From a bacterium BMS3Bbin05 (GTDB lineage Bacteria > Nitrospirota > Thermodesulfovibrionia > Thermodesulfovibrionales > BMS3Bbin05), in the NCBI GenBank assembly GCA_002897855.1, contig BDTO01000053.1:45205-109204 (forward strand): a DNA stretch of 64,000 nucleotides, in the 5' to 3' direction. This document shows, piece after piece, positions 53,142 to 63,063 of the stretch (its first letter is position 1; the number at the start of each line of letters is the position of its first letter). Made by a program: the position numbers and the translations under genes. The notes below the pieces were generated by a model. That model searched no databases. It was not told the origin of the DNA and was given only the letters and a program-made list of their open reading frames with translations.

Positions 53142-54338
53142 TTATCTGTCGCACTCTCCGAGTACTATATCAATCGTTCCTATATTGGCAACGACATCTG
53201 CAACCATATGACCCTTGCACAATCTCGGCAGAACAGAAGCATGTACAAAAGACGGTGCTCTCACCCGCATTCTGTAAGGCTTGCCTGTCCCGTCACTCAC
53301 TATGTAAAAACCGAGCTCACCCTTGGGGGCCTCCGTTGCAACATATATCTCACCTTCAGGTGCCGCCATCTGTCCCTTTGTTATCAGAACGAAGTGATGT
53401 ATCAGTGACTCCATGTCGGCAAGTACCCTGTCCTTGGAAGGGAGGATAACCTTCGGCGCGTCAGGCGTCAATACCGGCCCCTTCGGTATCTGTTCTATGC
53501 ACTGCCTTATGATACGGTTGGATTGCCTGAACTCTTCCATGCGGCAGCGATACCTGGCATAAACATCGCCGCTTTTACCAAGCGGCACTTCAAAATCAAC
53601 TTTATCATAGGCATCATACGGAAAACGTTTTCTTATATCATAATTTACTCCCGACCCTCTCAGTGTAGCACCGGAAAGACCCCAGTTAATAGCCTCTTCC
53701 GCCGGGATCACACCGATTCCCTTTGTCCTCTTCAGCCATATACGGTTCCGGTCTATCAGGGTCTCATATTCCCTGATCCTTCCCGGGAATTCATCCGTAA
53801 ACCTGTAAAGGCTGTCGAGAAAATGCCGGCTTACATCATTTCTGACACCGCCTATCCTGGGATAACTGACCGTCAGGCGGGCGCCGCAGAGTTCTTCAAA
53901 CAGATCGAGCAGCCACTCCCTCTCCCTGAAAGAGTATAGAAATATCGTCATGGCGCCGATATCCAGGGCATGGGTACCAATCCATATTATATGGCTGCTG
54001 ATACGAGCCATTTCGCATACTATTGTCCGGATATACTCGGCTCTCTCGGGCGCCCGTATGCCGAACAGCCTTTCGACAGCAAGGCAGTATCCAACATTAT
54101 TAGTCATCGATGATATATAATCCATCCTGTCCGTGAGAGGTATTGCGGAATGATATGTCATTGTCTCGGAAAGCTTTTCAATCCCCCTGTGAAGATAGCC
54201 TACATAAGGGGTACAATTAACTACGGTTTCCCCGTCAAGTTCCAGCACAAGCCGCAAAACACCATGGGTCGAAGGATGCTGCGGCCCCATGCTGACGGTA
54301 AGTTCTTTTGTTCTCAGATTATCCTTTATCCCTTCCAT
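53142..54338 (-). CDS. nuoD: NADH-quinone oxidoreductase subunit D
   Basis: Start re-set to ATG 54338 ([30 protein letters not shown]). The track begins at GTG 54392, inside nuoC. Confidence 0.93.
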   Translation of the reverse strand: MEGIKDNLRTKELTVSMGPQHPSTHGVLRLVLELDGETVVNCTPYVGYLHRGIEKLSETMTYHSAIPLTDRMDYISSMTNNVGYCLAVERLFGIRAPERAEYIRTIVCEMARISSHIIWIGTHALDIGAMTIFLYSFREREWLLDLFEELCGARLTVSYPRIGGVRNDVSRHFLDSLYRFTDEFPGRIREYETLIDRNRIWLKRTKGIGVIPAEEAINWGLSGATLRGSGVNYDIRKRFPYDAYDKVDFEVPLGKSGDVYARYRCRMEEFRQSNRIIRQCIEQIPKGPVLTPDAPKVILPSKDRVLADMESLIHHFVLITKGQMAAPEGEIYVATEAPKGELGFYIVSDGTGKPYRMRVRAPSFVHASVLPRLCKGHMVADVVANIGTIDIVLGECDR

Positions 54339-54865
54339 TCGTATTTCCTGAACTCTTCCGATTTTCTCAGGACTTCCTTGAAGCCCTGCCACTCCCCTTC
54401 TGAATCAGGGCCTTTTACCGGGTAATCCTTTCTCAGGGGATAGCCTTCCCAGTCCTCCGGCATGAGAATTCTTCTCAGGTCGGGATGCCCCTTGAATTCT
54501 ATACCATACATGTCATAACACTCCCTCTCATGCCAGTCCGCTCCAATCCATATGGAAGTGACGGAATCAACAACACAATCACTTTCGCTTACGGGCACTT
54601 TTATTCTCAACATGTGCCTGTGTTCCATGGAATAGAGGTGGTAAACAACTTCAAAGCGGGAATCTCTTTTACCCAGATAATCGACTCCGCAGAGGTCTTT
54701 CAGGTAATCAAGCAGAAAAACCGGATCATCATGGAGATATCCAAAGATATCCGGTATCCTTTCCTTTTTCAGTACTAAGGATACCTGGCCCCTGAAATCC
54801 TGTATCTCTATGACTTCTTCAGGAAATTTCTCCCTGACCTTTTCGGCTAACCCAGAGGGCTCCAT
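54326..54865 (-). CDS. nuoC: NADH-quinone oxidoreductase subunit C
   Basis: 179 aa at the expected position. ...[24 protein letters not shown] is the NuoC signature region. Confidence 0.92.
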   Translation of the reverse strand: MEPSGLAEKVREKFPEEVIEIQDFRGQVSLVLKKERIPDIFGYLHDDPVFLLDYLKDLCGVDYLGKRDSRFEVVYHLYSMEHRHMLRIKVPVSESDCVVDSVTSIWIGADWHERECYDMYGIEFKGHPDLRRILMPEDWEGYPLRKDYPVKGPDSEGEWQGFKEVLRKSEEFRKYEWKG

Positions 54866-55368
54866 CTGAAATGCTCCTTCCTGATTTTTTGCTGCAGCTT
54901 TACGATACCATTCATCAGGGCTTCAGGTCTGGGCGGACAACCAGGCACATATACGTCCACCGGCAAAAAACTGTCGCAACCCTGGACAACGCTGTATGAC
55001 CTGAATATACCTCCCGAGCATGCGCAGCTTCCCATCGATATAACATATCTCGGCTCTGGCATCTGGTCATAAACCTTCCTCACTACAGGAGCCATTTTTT
55101 TTGTAACAGTTCCGGCCACTATCATGACATCGGCCTGCCTCGGAGAACCCCTGAAGATTACTCCCAGACGGTCAAGATCGTAATGGCTGGACCCTGTTGT
55201 CATCATCTCTATGGCACAGCACGCAAGCCCGAATGTAACAGGCCACAAAGATGAAGCCCTTCCCCAGTTTATTATTTTATCCAGTGCGGTTATTATCGTG
55301 TTTGCACCCGGAATAATCCTGATGCCTTCTTCCACTTCTATCAGTTCTTTATTTGTCTCAAACACCAT
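54847..55368 (-). CDS. nuoB: NADH-quinone oxidoreductase subunit B
   Basis: Start re-set to ATG 55368 (AGGTGG upstream). [17 protein letters not shown]...GSCACSGG...VPGCPPRPE. Confidence 0.93.
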   Translation of the reverse strand: MVFETNKELIEVEEGIRIIPGANTIITALDKIINWGRASSLWPVTFGLACCAIEMMTTGSSHYDLDRLGVIFRGSPRQADVMIVAGTVTKKMAPVVRKVYDQMPEPRYVISMGSCACSGGIFRSYSVVQGCDSFLPVDVYVPGCPPRPEALMNGIVKLQQKIRKEHFRWSPLG

Positions 55369-55387
55369 AATCCCACCTGTTAATTGC

Positions 55388-55762
55388 CTATCTCTCCCAC
55401 TGAAATGCCTTCTTTTTCCAGGCATAAATATAACCTATCAACAAAATCAGTATGAAAACCATCATCTCAACAAATGCATACACACCTATCCTGTCAAAGA
55501 CAATAGCCCAGGGATAAAGGAAAATTGCCTCAACATCAAAAACAACAAACAGCATCGCTACAATAAAGAATTTAACGGAAAACCTGAACCTCGGTTCACC
55601 GACCGAAGGAATACCCGATTCATAGGCGGAAAGTTTTTCCGGATACGGTCTCCGGGGTCTGAAGAGCATGCCCACTACCAGCGCTCCGATACCGATAGTG
55701 AATGATATTACCAGAAATATCAGTATGGGAAGGTAATTTTCTGGCAAATAAGTCCCGGGCAT
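55388..55762 (-). CDS. nuoA: NADH-quinone oxidoreductase subunit A
   Basis: 124 aa, three TM helices, first gene of the operon. No RBS is visible upstream. Confidence 0.9.
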   Translation of the reverse strand: MPGTYLPENYLPILIFLVISFTIGIGALVVGMLFRPRRPYPEKLSAYESGIPSVGEPRFRFSVKFFIVAMLFVVFDVEAIFLYPWAIVFDRIGVYAFVEMMVFILILLIGYIYAWKKKAFQWER

Positions 55763-55770
55763 ATCAGTAA

Positions 55771-55800
55771 CTTATACATCAAACAAAATACCTTTGTCAA
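55771..55800 (-). promoter_or_regulatory. candidate sigma70 promoter of the nuo operon, placed for a (near-)leaderless nuoA
   Basis: The reverse strand reads TTGACA (55800-55795), an 18-nt spacer, TATAAG (55776-55771), then 8 nt (ttactgat) before ATG 55762. Confidence 0.35.
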
Positions 55801-55988
55801 CAAAAAATTTAAATCTGTAATTTTAGATTGTCTTAATAATGAAGATTTTACAAAATGGCGGCGTCCCGGGCTGGATTTTAATATAAAAATATTGTAAAGT
55901 TGTATGTGAGAGTCCGGAGATATGCCAAAATTTTCGTTTGTATACGGATCTTATAGCTTACTGTGACTTGATCGCCAAACACTTTGAT

Positions 55989-57668
55989 ATGCCAAAACTT
56001 TCATCTTTAAAAGAACTCATCGCCAGAAAGTCCATACACTCACTCAGCTTTAAGTTGATAGTCGCAATCGGCGGCCTCATAATCGTCGGGAGTCTGACCT
56101 TCTGGTACTCGATTATATATACGAGTGAAGAAGACGCCCTCAGGACCACTGCAAATCATGCCAAGACATACATAAACCTTATCAAAAAAAGCACTTTTCA
56201 GTATATGCTTGCAAACAACACGGATGCGGTACAGAAGACCTTCGAGTCCATGGCATCTGAAGAAGGGGTAATGGGCATCAGGGTATTTGACTGCAACGGC
56301 GCAATAGCTTTCTCGTCCGACCCTCGTGATGTGGGAAAACAGATTCCCGGCAACTCTGCAATCTGTAAAATATGCCATGAAGATCCGGCATCTCCTGCCA
56401 AATCCCTGAAATTCAGTAAAAGCTCTTTCAAACAACCGCAATGGGTCGTTCAGAAGAAGGATGACACGTATATCCTGAGGAGTGTTATCCCGATATACAA
56501 CGAACCATCCTGCTATACGGCTTCCTGCCACTTCCATAAAGAGACCAAAGAAAAACTCGGGATACTGGAAACCGATTATTCGCTCAGTGACCTCTATTCA
56601 ATGACAAAGCAGCAGAATATAGCCATAGCTTCTTTCGGCGTTATATTCACAGCTCTCACATCCGTGATCCTCTGCATCATTCTCTGGAAAATCGTCATAA
56701 GGCCATTGATAATACTATCGGAGGGCATGGAAAGCGTATCAAGGGGGGATCTGGACCACCGAGTGAACATCAATACAAAAGATGAACTCGGCATGCTTGC
56801 AAAGACGTTCAATTCAATGACGAAGGAGCTCAAGACATCAAGGGAGAGACTCGAAAACTGGGCAAAGGAACTCGAAGAAGAAGTGGCAAAGAAAACGGAG
56901 GAGATAAAAAGGGGGCAGGAGCAGTATATTCATACGGAAAAACTCGCCTCTCTCGGAAGGATGGCGGCGGGTGTTGCACATGAGCTTAACAGCCCACTCA
57001 CGGGTATAGTGACTTTCTCACATCTTCTGCTTGACCGGATACCACCGGAAAACAAGATGGACAGGGAAGACGTCGAGGTCATTATTGAGCAGGCTGAACG
57101 CTGTTCAAAGATTATTAAAGGGCTCCTGGGCTTTTCCCGTGCCATGCCGGCCGAAAAGAATGAAATAAACATAAACAAAACATTACGCCATTCCATCGGG
57201 ATGATAAAGAACCAGGCAAAGTTTCACAATATATCCATGGAAATGAAGCTTGATGAATCACTGCCTGTAGTAAACGGCGATGCCTCACAGATCGAACAGG
57301 TATTTCTAAACCTCTTCATCAATGCTGCAGATGCCATGAACGACAAAGGAGAAATACGGATAAAAACTTCCAATATCCAAATAGACAATAAACCCTATGT
57401 CGAAATAGTTATCTCCGACACCGGCCCCGGCATCCCGGAGGCAAATATGTCCAGGCTGTTTGAGCCGTTCTTTACTACAAAACCTGTAGGAAAGGGGACC
57501 GGGTTGGGGTTGGCGGTGAGCCACGGGATTATCAGAAAACACGGGGGCCATATAGTAGTACAAAGTCGCCCGGGTGAAGGAGCAAGCTTTTTAGTCAGGC
57601 TTCCCGTACCTGACAGCCGGGGCCGGGGAATGGAAAATGAAGATGGACACAATGAAAAAACAGACTGA
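55989..57668 (+). CDS. sensor histidine kinase with periplasmic CxxCH-containing domain, HAMP, HisKA, HATPase
   Basis: The track ORF starts at TTG 55938; I list ATG 55989 (MPKLSSLKEL). Two TM helices flank a ~170-aa loop containing CKICH (56364-56378) and CYTASCH (56511-56531). H-box AAGVAHELNSPL; G-box DTGPGI...GKGTGLGLAVSHGII. Confidence 0.88.
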   Translation: MPKLSSLKELIARKSIHSLSFKLIVAIGGLIIVGSLTFWYSIIYTSEEDALRTTANHAKTYINLIKKSTFQYMLANNTDAVQKTFESMASEEGVMGIRVFDCNGAIAFSSDPRDVGKQIPGNSAICKICHEDPASPAKSLKFSKSSFKQPQWVVQKKDDTYILRSVIPIYNEPSCYTASCHFHKETKEKLGILETDYSLSDLYSMTKQQNIAIASFGVIFTALTSVILCIILWKIVIRPLIILSEGMESVSRGDLDHRVNINTKDELGMLAKTFNSMTKELKTSRERLENWAKELEEEVAKKTEEIKRGQEQYIHTEKLASLGRMAAGVAHELNSPLTGIVTFSHLLLDRIPPENKMDREDVEVIIEQAERCSKIIKGLLGFSRAMPAEKNEININKTLRHSIGMIKNQAKFHNISMEMKLDESLPVVNGDASQIEQVFLNLFINAADAMNDKGEIRIKTSNIQIDNKPYVEIVISDTGPGIPEANMSRLFEPFFTTKPVGKGTGLGLAVSHGIIRKHGGHIVVQSRPGEGASFLVRLPVPDSRGRGMENEDGHNEKTD

Positions 57669-59097
57669 TCGGGATGCAGGGGGAAACAGCATTTCTGCTG
57701 CTAAAATTCTTGTTATTGACGACGAGGAGATTCTCCTTAAGAGCTGCAGGAGGGCGCTTGAACCTTCAGGATATGATGTCGTAACGGCTCAATACCCTGA
57801 AGACGGTTTTAATCTTCTGGAAAACGAGCGGTTTGATCTGGTACTTTCAGACCTCAGGATGCCCCTGGTAGACGGTATGGAAATCCTGCGGAAAGTAAAA
57901 GAAAGCTGGCCGGATACAGAGGTAATAATAATTACGGGACATGGAACGGTCAACACCGCAGTATCTGCAATAAAACTGGGCGCTTACGATTATGTCGAGA
58001 AACCATTTACTCCGGATACCCTGAATATCATCGTGGAAAAGGCCCTTGAGCGAAAAAAGCTGTATCTCGAAAACGCAAGGCTTAAGAAAGAAATAAGGGG
58101 CCACTACATAAAAAACATCATAGGCAAATCGCAGGCCATGGAAAATGTCTTTAAACTCATAGCATCGGTTGCTCCTGCATCGAGTACTGTGTTGATAACC
58201 GGAGAGAGCGGGACGGGAAAGGAACTTGCCGCCCGTGCAATTCATTATAACAGCCCGCGCAGTGATAACCCGTTTGTAGTCGTAGACTGCGGAACAATAT
58301 CGGAAAATCTCATGGAATCGGAGCTTTTCGGTCATGTCAAGGGGTCATTCACGGGTGCAACCGAGACCAGGAAGGGGCTCATTGAGGCTGCCGACACAGG
58401 AACTCTCTTTCTTGATGAAATAGGGAACCTTCCTTTATCCCTCCAGTCAAAACTTCTGAGAGTATTGCAGGAAAGGGAATACCGCCCCATCGGGAGCAAA
58501 AAGTCCTTTAAGGTGGATATCCGGTTTATTGCAGCAACCAACAGGGACCTGAAGAAAATGACGACTGAAGAAACATTCAGGGAAGACCTTTATTACAGGC
58601 TCAATATATTTCCCATACGCATCCCTCCCCTCAGGGAGAGAAAGGAAGATATCCCGCTTCTATCTTTCCATTTTCTGAATAAATTTGCGCCTGAACTCGA
58701 TATGGAGGAGTGCAGTATCTCAGCCGAAGCCATGAATATCCTTATAAATCACGACTGGCCGGGAAATGTAAGGGAACTCGAAAATAACATTCACAGGGCA
58801 ATGCTATTGAGCGAAAGGGGCTCGATAACACCATCCCGGCTTGCTTTTCTGGATAATGAAAACACGGGTCACGTGCCGGAGACTATTGAAGAACTCAAGA
58901 AGATCAAGAAGAAATTAAGGTCAAGGTCCGTTGAGAAAGTTGAAAAAGCATTTATAACAAAAGCCCTGGAAAGAAACAACTGGAACATTACCAGGGCCGC
59001 CAATGATGTCGGTATGCAGAGAACGAATTTTCATGCGCTCATCAAAAAATACAACATTCCTGTCAGGACTGAATCGAACCGGGGCGGCGGCAGGTGA
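57637..59097 (+). CDS. sigma54-dependent response regulator (NtrC family: REC - AAA+ - Fis-type HTH)
   Basis: ILVIDDEE...LVLSDLRMPLVDG, GESGTGKE, GSFTGA (GAFTGA variant), C-terminal NWNITRAANDVGMQRTNFHALIKKY. The start could instead be ATG 57652. Confidence 0.9.
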   Translation: MKMDTMKKQTDRDAGGNSISAAKILVIDDEEILLKSCRRALEPSGYDVVTAQYPEDGFNLLENERFDLVLSDLRMPLVDGMEILRKVKESWPDTEVIIITGHGTVNTAVSAIKLGAYDYVEKPFTPDTLNIIVEKALERKKLYLENARLKKEIRGHYIKNIIGKSQAMENVFKLIASVAPASSTVLITGESGTGKELAARAIHYNSPRSDNPFVVVDCGTISENLMESELFGHVKGSFTGATETRKGLIEAADTGTLFLDEIGNLPLSLQSKLLRVLQEREYRPIGSKKSFKVDIRFIAATNRDLKKMTTEETFREDLYYRLNIFPIRIPPLRERKEDIPLLSFHFLNKFAPELDMEECSISAEAMNILINHDWPGNVRELENNIHRAMLLSERGSITPSRLAFLDNENTGHVPETIEELKKIKKKLRSRSVEKVEKAFITKALERNNWNITRAANDVGMQRTNFHALIKKYNIPVRTESNRGGGR

Positions 59098-59444
59098 AAC
59101 TTCAGAAGATAATAGATACATTAGAGGCAGTTACACTCGACAGCACCACTAATACCGGCCTTGAAGTAGGGTGGGCATGCGCAACAGACCTGATGAGCGA
59201 GGTTCTCTATTATGCCCATGAAAACTCTTTATTGCTTACGGGACTGGTAAAACCGCAGGTGATAAGAACCGCCGAAATCGCAGATATCAGGGTGGTAGTT
59301 TTTACAAGGGGGAAGGAACCGGATACAGAAACAATCTCGCTGGCAAAACGGAAGGGCATTACACTTCTGGTAACCCCGCTTTCCCTCTTTACGGCAAGCG
59401 GCAGGCTTTTCAGCGCGGGGCTCCAGTGCTGCCCGTATACCTGA
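59094..59444 (+). CDS. DRTGG-domain protein 1
   Basis: 116 aa. The GTG start overlaps the regulator stop (GTGA). SLLLTGLVKPQVIRTAEIADIRVVVFTRGKEPDTETISLAKRKGITLLVTPLSLFTASGRL fits the DRTGG-domain pattern as I remember it. Confidence 0.65.
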   Translation: MKLQKIIDTLEAVTLDSTTNTGLEVGWACATDLMSEVLYYAHENSLLLTGLVKPQVIRTAEIADIRVVVFTRGKEPDTETISLAKRKGITLLVTPLSLFTASGRLFSAGLQCCPYT

Positions 59445-59474
59445 TAAATACAAAGGAGTTTTATTCGGAAAGAA

Positions 59475-59921
59475 ATGGATCATACCAGGAAAATTGATGG
59501 GAGATTTAACCTGGTTGGAGGTGATTTTACCAATGCAGGCGAAGCTTCTACTCAATTGAAAAAGATACTTCAATTGCGCGGAGTAAAAGACTCATACATC
59601 AGGCGCGCATCAATAGCAACATTCGAGGCGGAGATGAACGTAATTATATATACCCCTGCCGGAATCCTCAGGTATGATGTTGATGATGAATCCATCAAGA
59701 TTACCGTAGAAGATATGGGGCCCGGGATTGAAGATATCGATCTTGCCATGCAGGAAGGTTATTCGACAGCACCCGAATGGGTCAGAGAGATGGGATGGGG
59801 CGCCGGTATGGGCCTGCCGAACATGAAAAAAAACTCGGATGTTTTTAGAATCGATTCTGCTCCGGGAGAAGGCACAACAGTAAAGATGATCATTTATTTA
59901 AACAAAGGAGAGCAATCATGA
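59475..59921 (+). CDS. stand-alone GHKL/HATPase protein (anti-sigma-factor-kinase-like)
   Basis: 148 aa. ITVEDMGPGIEDIDLAMQEGYST...GWGAGMGLPNMKKNSDVFRIDSAPGEGTTV. No HisKA or dimerisation domain. Confidence 0.75.
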   Translation: MDHTRKIDGRFNLVGGDFTNAGEASTQLKKILQLRGVKDSYIRRASIATFEAEMNVIIYTPAGILRYDVDDESIKITVEDMGPGIEDIDLAMQEGYSTAPEWVREMGWGAGMGLPNMKKNSDVFRIDSAPGEGTTVKMIIYLNKGEQS

Positions 59922-60253
59922 CCATTGGGGACATAATCAATCAATTATCGCCGGACTCTTTCAGCATCGAACCGGACAGGGATATTGAAATTAAAGATGT
60001 CTATGTCAGTGACCTGCTTTCCGACGTCATGGCCAACGCCGGAGAAGGCTCTCTATGGATAACTCTGCAAACGCATATAAATATCGTTGCCGTAGCTTCC
60101 ATGAAAAACATGCCTGCCGTCATCCTCGTAAATGGCCGCAAGCCGGAGGGAGAGACTGTTCAAAAGGCCGCATCCGAGGGTATTGCACTATTCGGAACAG
60201 ACATGCATGCCTTTGAACTGGCGGGAAGACTTTACAATATGTTGCATGGTTAG
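59918..60253 (+). CDS. DRTGG-domain protein 2
   Basis: 111 aa with ATGA overlap to the HATPase gene. SLWITLQTHINIVAVASMKNMPAVILVNGRKPEGETVQKAASEGIALFGTDMHAFELAGRL is colinear with DRTGG protein 1. Confidence 0.65.
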   Translation: MTIGDIINQLSPDSFSIEPDRDIEIKDVYVSDLLSDVMANAGEGSLWITLQTHINIVAVASMKNMPAVILVNGRKPEGETVQKAASEGIALFGTDMHAFELAGRLYNMLHG

Positions 60254-60288
60254 GGAAATTTACCACCTCTTTTTTTATTATTTATTTT

Positions 60289-61035
60289 ATGATTAAAAGA
60301 TACCGCTCCGACCTCCACATTCATTCATGCCTTTCGCCATGTGCGGAACTCGACATGACACCCAAAAGGATTATCAGCCGGGCGGTTGAAAAACAACTCG
60401 ACATCATAGCTGTATCGGATCACAACAGTGCGGAGCATGTACATGTAACTATGGAATTGGGAAGCAAGCATAATATCGCAGTCCTTCCCGCGATGGAGAT
60501 ATCATCCGCTGAAGAAGTCCATATGCTTGCTTTTTTTGATTCTATCGATGACTGTCTCAAAGTCCATGAAGATGTCTCGGCTTCCATGTCCAATATACCG
60601 TCATACAGTCATGACGAAACTTCGCAGCCGGTTGTAAATGTAAAAGAGGAGATACTGTATTTCAATCCTCTTCCCCTCATCAACGCCGCTGATATACCGG
60701 TGGAAAAGCTGGTCGGAATCATTCACCGAAACAACGGCCTTGCCGTCGCCAGCCACATTGACAGGGAGGTATTCGGTATAATATCCCAGCTCGGATTCAT
60801 ACCTGAAGGACTTCCGCTTGATGCGGTTGAAGTCTCGTGGCGCGTCAAATCGGAAGAAGAGGCTCAACGTTTTATTGCCGGTCAAGAGTATCCCATAGTA
60901 TCTTTTTCCGACGCCCACCATATTGTCGATATCGGCAGAAGAATCACGGAATTTTATATTGAAAAACCGGCTATTAAGGGTATTCGCATGTGCCTCAGAA
61001 GCGAAGCGGGCAGGAAGTTAACTGTCTTGTATTAA
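60289..61035 (+). CDS. PHP-domain metal-dependent phosphoesterase
   Basis: 248 aa. DLHIHSCLSPCAELD and IIAVSDHNS are typical PHP His/Asp motifs. Confidence 0.85.
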   Translation: MIKRYRSDLHIHSCLSPCAELDMTPKRIISRAVEKQLDIIAVSDHNSAEHVHVTMELGSKHNIAVLPAMEISSAEEVHMLAFFDSIDDCLKVHEDVSASMSNIPSYSHDETSQPVVNVKEEILYFNPLPLINAADIPVEKLVGIIHRNNGLAVASHIDREVFGIISQLGFIPEGLPLDAVEVSWRVKSEEEAQRFIAGQEYPIVSFSDAHHIVDIGRRITEFYIEKPAIKGIRMCLRSEAGRKLTVLY

Positions 61036-61141
61036 TTTGAGAGGCATGCAAAAATATTTTTGATGAACTCGTAAAAAATCTTCTTTTCTCTCCCCTGTGG
61101 GCAGGAATATCCGGATTACCTACCTGAAATGAGAAAAAACC

Positions 61142-61175
61142 AAAAAAAAGGAGGCGGGATACCGATCCCACCTCC
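61142..61175 (-). terminator. rho-independent terminator of the FadL-type gene
   Basis: GGAGGCGGGAT-accg-ATCCCACCTCC (10 of 11 positions pair). On the minus strand it is followed by T8 (plus-strand A-run 61142-61149). Confidence 0.75.
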
Positions 61176-61200
61176 GGTATTATCATGTTGACCTGTGATT

Positions 61201-62574
61201 TTAGAAGAGATATGTCAGTTGCATTCCGACGGAATCCTCTTTCAGAGATATCGTCGCACCGGAATCAGCTGTGAAAGGTGTCATTTGCTGGAATCCGGCA
61301 GGTACATCGTTTCGCCCCTTCAGAGTCTCCTTGAAGGCCTTCATATAAGTCATGGCTATACCCCAGTGATCACCCAGCATATAATCGGCTCCAATAGTAA
61401 AATGCTGTTCCACGATAGCAGGCAGGACGAGATTATTGAACACATCTTTTTCGTCAATTGGCGCTTTTGAGTAGTTGTATCCTGTACGGACGGTCAACCT
61501 GTCGGTTGCCTTATACTGTATACCCAACGCATATACCCACTGGTCTTTCCACCCGAAGTCAAGCGTTGTCGAATCAGTCGGGCCGCTCGGCGTCATAAAT
61601 GCACCGCTTGGTCCCGAAAAATCAACCTTGTCATGGGTATCAGACCAGTTAATCCATTTAACATCAAAATCAACCAGGAGCGGTTTAATAGGTTTGATCG
61701 CAATACCTATAGCCGCCTGCCGGGGGAAATTAAGCGCCATCTTGTATGTGCCCGCCTTGCCCGTAGCACCGTTAAAATTGTAGACATCACCCGAACCCAC
61801 ACGGAATGTTGCATCACTAAAGAACTGTTTGCTCGAATATGAGGCACCGAGGGTAATCCAGTCGTTTATATCATAAAGCGCGCCAACGGTAGCGCCGATA
61901 CCCATCTGGCTTGTCGGGCGGCCAAGGTCAAGATTGACATCATCCTGCGTAACACCGGCCGACGGATTGCTCGGGTCGTTCCAGAACGGAACATTGCGAA
62001 TCCTTTCCCTGATCGCCACCGACTGATAATCAAGGTTAAGGGCAAAACCAAGGCTCAACTGTTTATTGACGTTCCACGCAATCGTAGGCGCCATCTTCCA
62101 GAAAGCTATTGCACTATATCCATCAAAAGTAACATCAGCAGGCATTCCCATCGCCGGATTGGCCGGCATCATGAGCACCTGGCCATAATCAACACCAAGA
62201 CCGGAAGTGCCATACATGCCGCCGCCAAAATAAATGTTGCTGGAGTTAAATGCAGGCGCCGTCCAGCCTATTGCAGGGATACCGTAAAGCTTTGAGCCGC
62301 CCTCGGTAGACTGACCGCTCATTGATGTGAAATCCACCGAGCGGTTGGGCATGAAGGCCTCCATACTGAAGTCTGCCCTCTTGCCGATACGCGCCATACC
62401 TGCCGGGTTGGTAATGGCAGTCATTGCATCCAGAGGCGCTGCGGTAACGGCACCGCCCATACTCTTTTCCTGCTGACCCACACCGATCAGCTGATAGCCG
62501 TTCGTTGCCATGGCCGTGCCTGTCATGCCTGCAAGAAAAACAAGAGCGAAAAAGACGAAAAAGAACCTCCTCAT
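61201..62574 (-). CDS. outer-membrane hydrophobic-compound channel, FadL/TodX (OmpP1) family
   Basis: 457 aa with signal peptide ...GMTGTAMA, early NGYQLIGVGQQEKSMGGA, a beta-rich body and a terminal aromatic (...QLTYLF). Confidence 0.8.
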   Translation of the reverse strand: MRRFFFVFFALVFLAGMTGTAMATNGYQLIGVGQQEKSMGGAVTAAPLDAMTAITNPAGMARIGKRADFSMEAFMPNRSVDFTSMSGQSTEGGSKLYGIPAIGWTAPAFNSSNIYFGGGMYGTSGLGVDYGQVLMMPANPAMGMPADVTFDGYSAIAFWKMAPTIAWNVNKQLSLGFALNLDYQSVAIRERIRNVPFWNDPSNPSAGVTQDDVNLDLGRPTSQMGIGATVGALYDINDWITLGASYSSKQFFSDATFRVGSGDVYNFNGATGKAGTYKMALNFPRQAAIGIAIKPIKPLLVDFDVKWINWSDTHDKVDFSGPSGAFMTPSGPTDSTTLDFGWKDQWVYALGIQYKATDRLTVRTGYNYSKAPIDEKDVFNNLVLPAIVEQHFTIGADYMLGDHWGIAMTYMKAFKETLKGRNDVPAGFQQMTPFTADSGATISLKEDSVGMQLTYLF

Positions 62575-62820
62575 TTCTACCTCCTCATTAAAGATTTTTT
62601 TGAAAAAAATAATCGATACTACCTTGCCAGCTTAGCAGAAAATTTTAAAAAGGTCAATATAATAATTGAATTATTATATCAATAAGTTTCTAAACTATTG
62701 AAATATGCTATTTAAATATTGTACACTTAAACATTAAAATATGGTTATTATGAATAATTATGATAAAATACGCGAAATCGGCGCACAAAAATAATGAATT
62801 TTTGAAAAGGAGGAAGTAAT

Positions 62821-63045
62821 ATGGCGAAGACGGAATTAGACTTCAAGGGGATGTCATGTCCCATGCCTATAATGAAGACGGCTATGGCATTTAAAAAGGC
62901 TGCTTCCGGAGATATCGTCGAGGTAGTATGTGATGATCCGGGGTTTGAACCCGATATCAGGGCATGGTGCAATGAGACAGGCAATGTCCTTGACAGTATC
63001 GAAAAGAAGGACAAGGATATTGTTGCGACAATAATCAAGAAATAA
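62821..63045 (+). CDS. tusA: TusA/SirA-family sulfurtransferase
   Basis: 74 aa. LDFKGMSCPMPIMK contains the CPxP active-site motif. Confidence 0.9.
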   Translation: MAKTELDFKGMSCPMPIMKTAMAFKKAASGDIVEVVCDDPGFEPDIRAWCNETGNVLDSIEKKDKDIVATIIKK

Positions 63046-63063
63046 GTCTTAAAGGAGAAAACC

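Noticed and set aside
62614-62630. Possible sigma54 promoter (minus strand CTGGCAAGGTAGTATCG) upstream of the FadL-type gene, attractive because an NtrC-type regulator is nearby
   Set aside because: The -24 TGGCA is good, but the -12 element reads TATC instead of TTGC, so the critical GC dinucleotide is missing.
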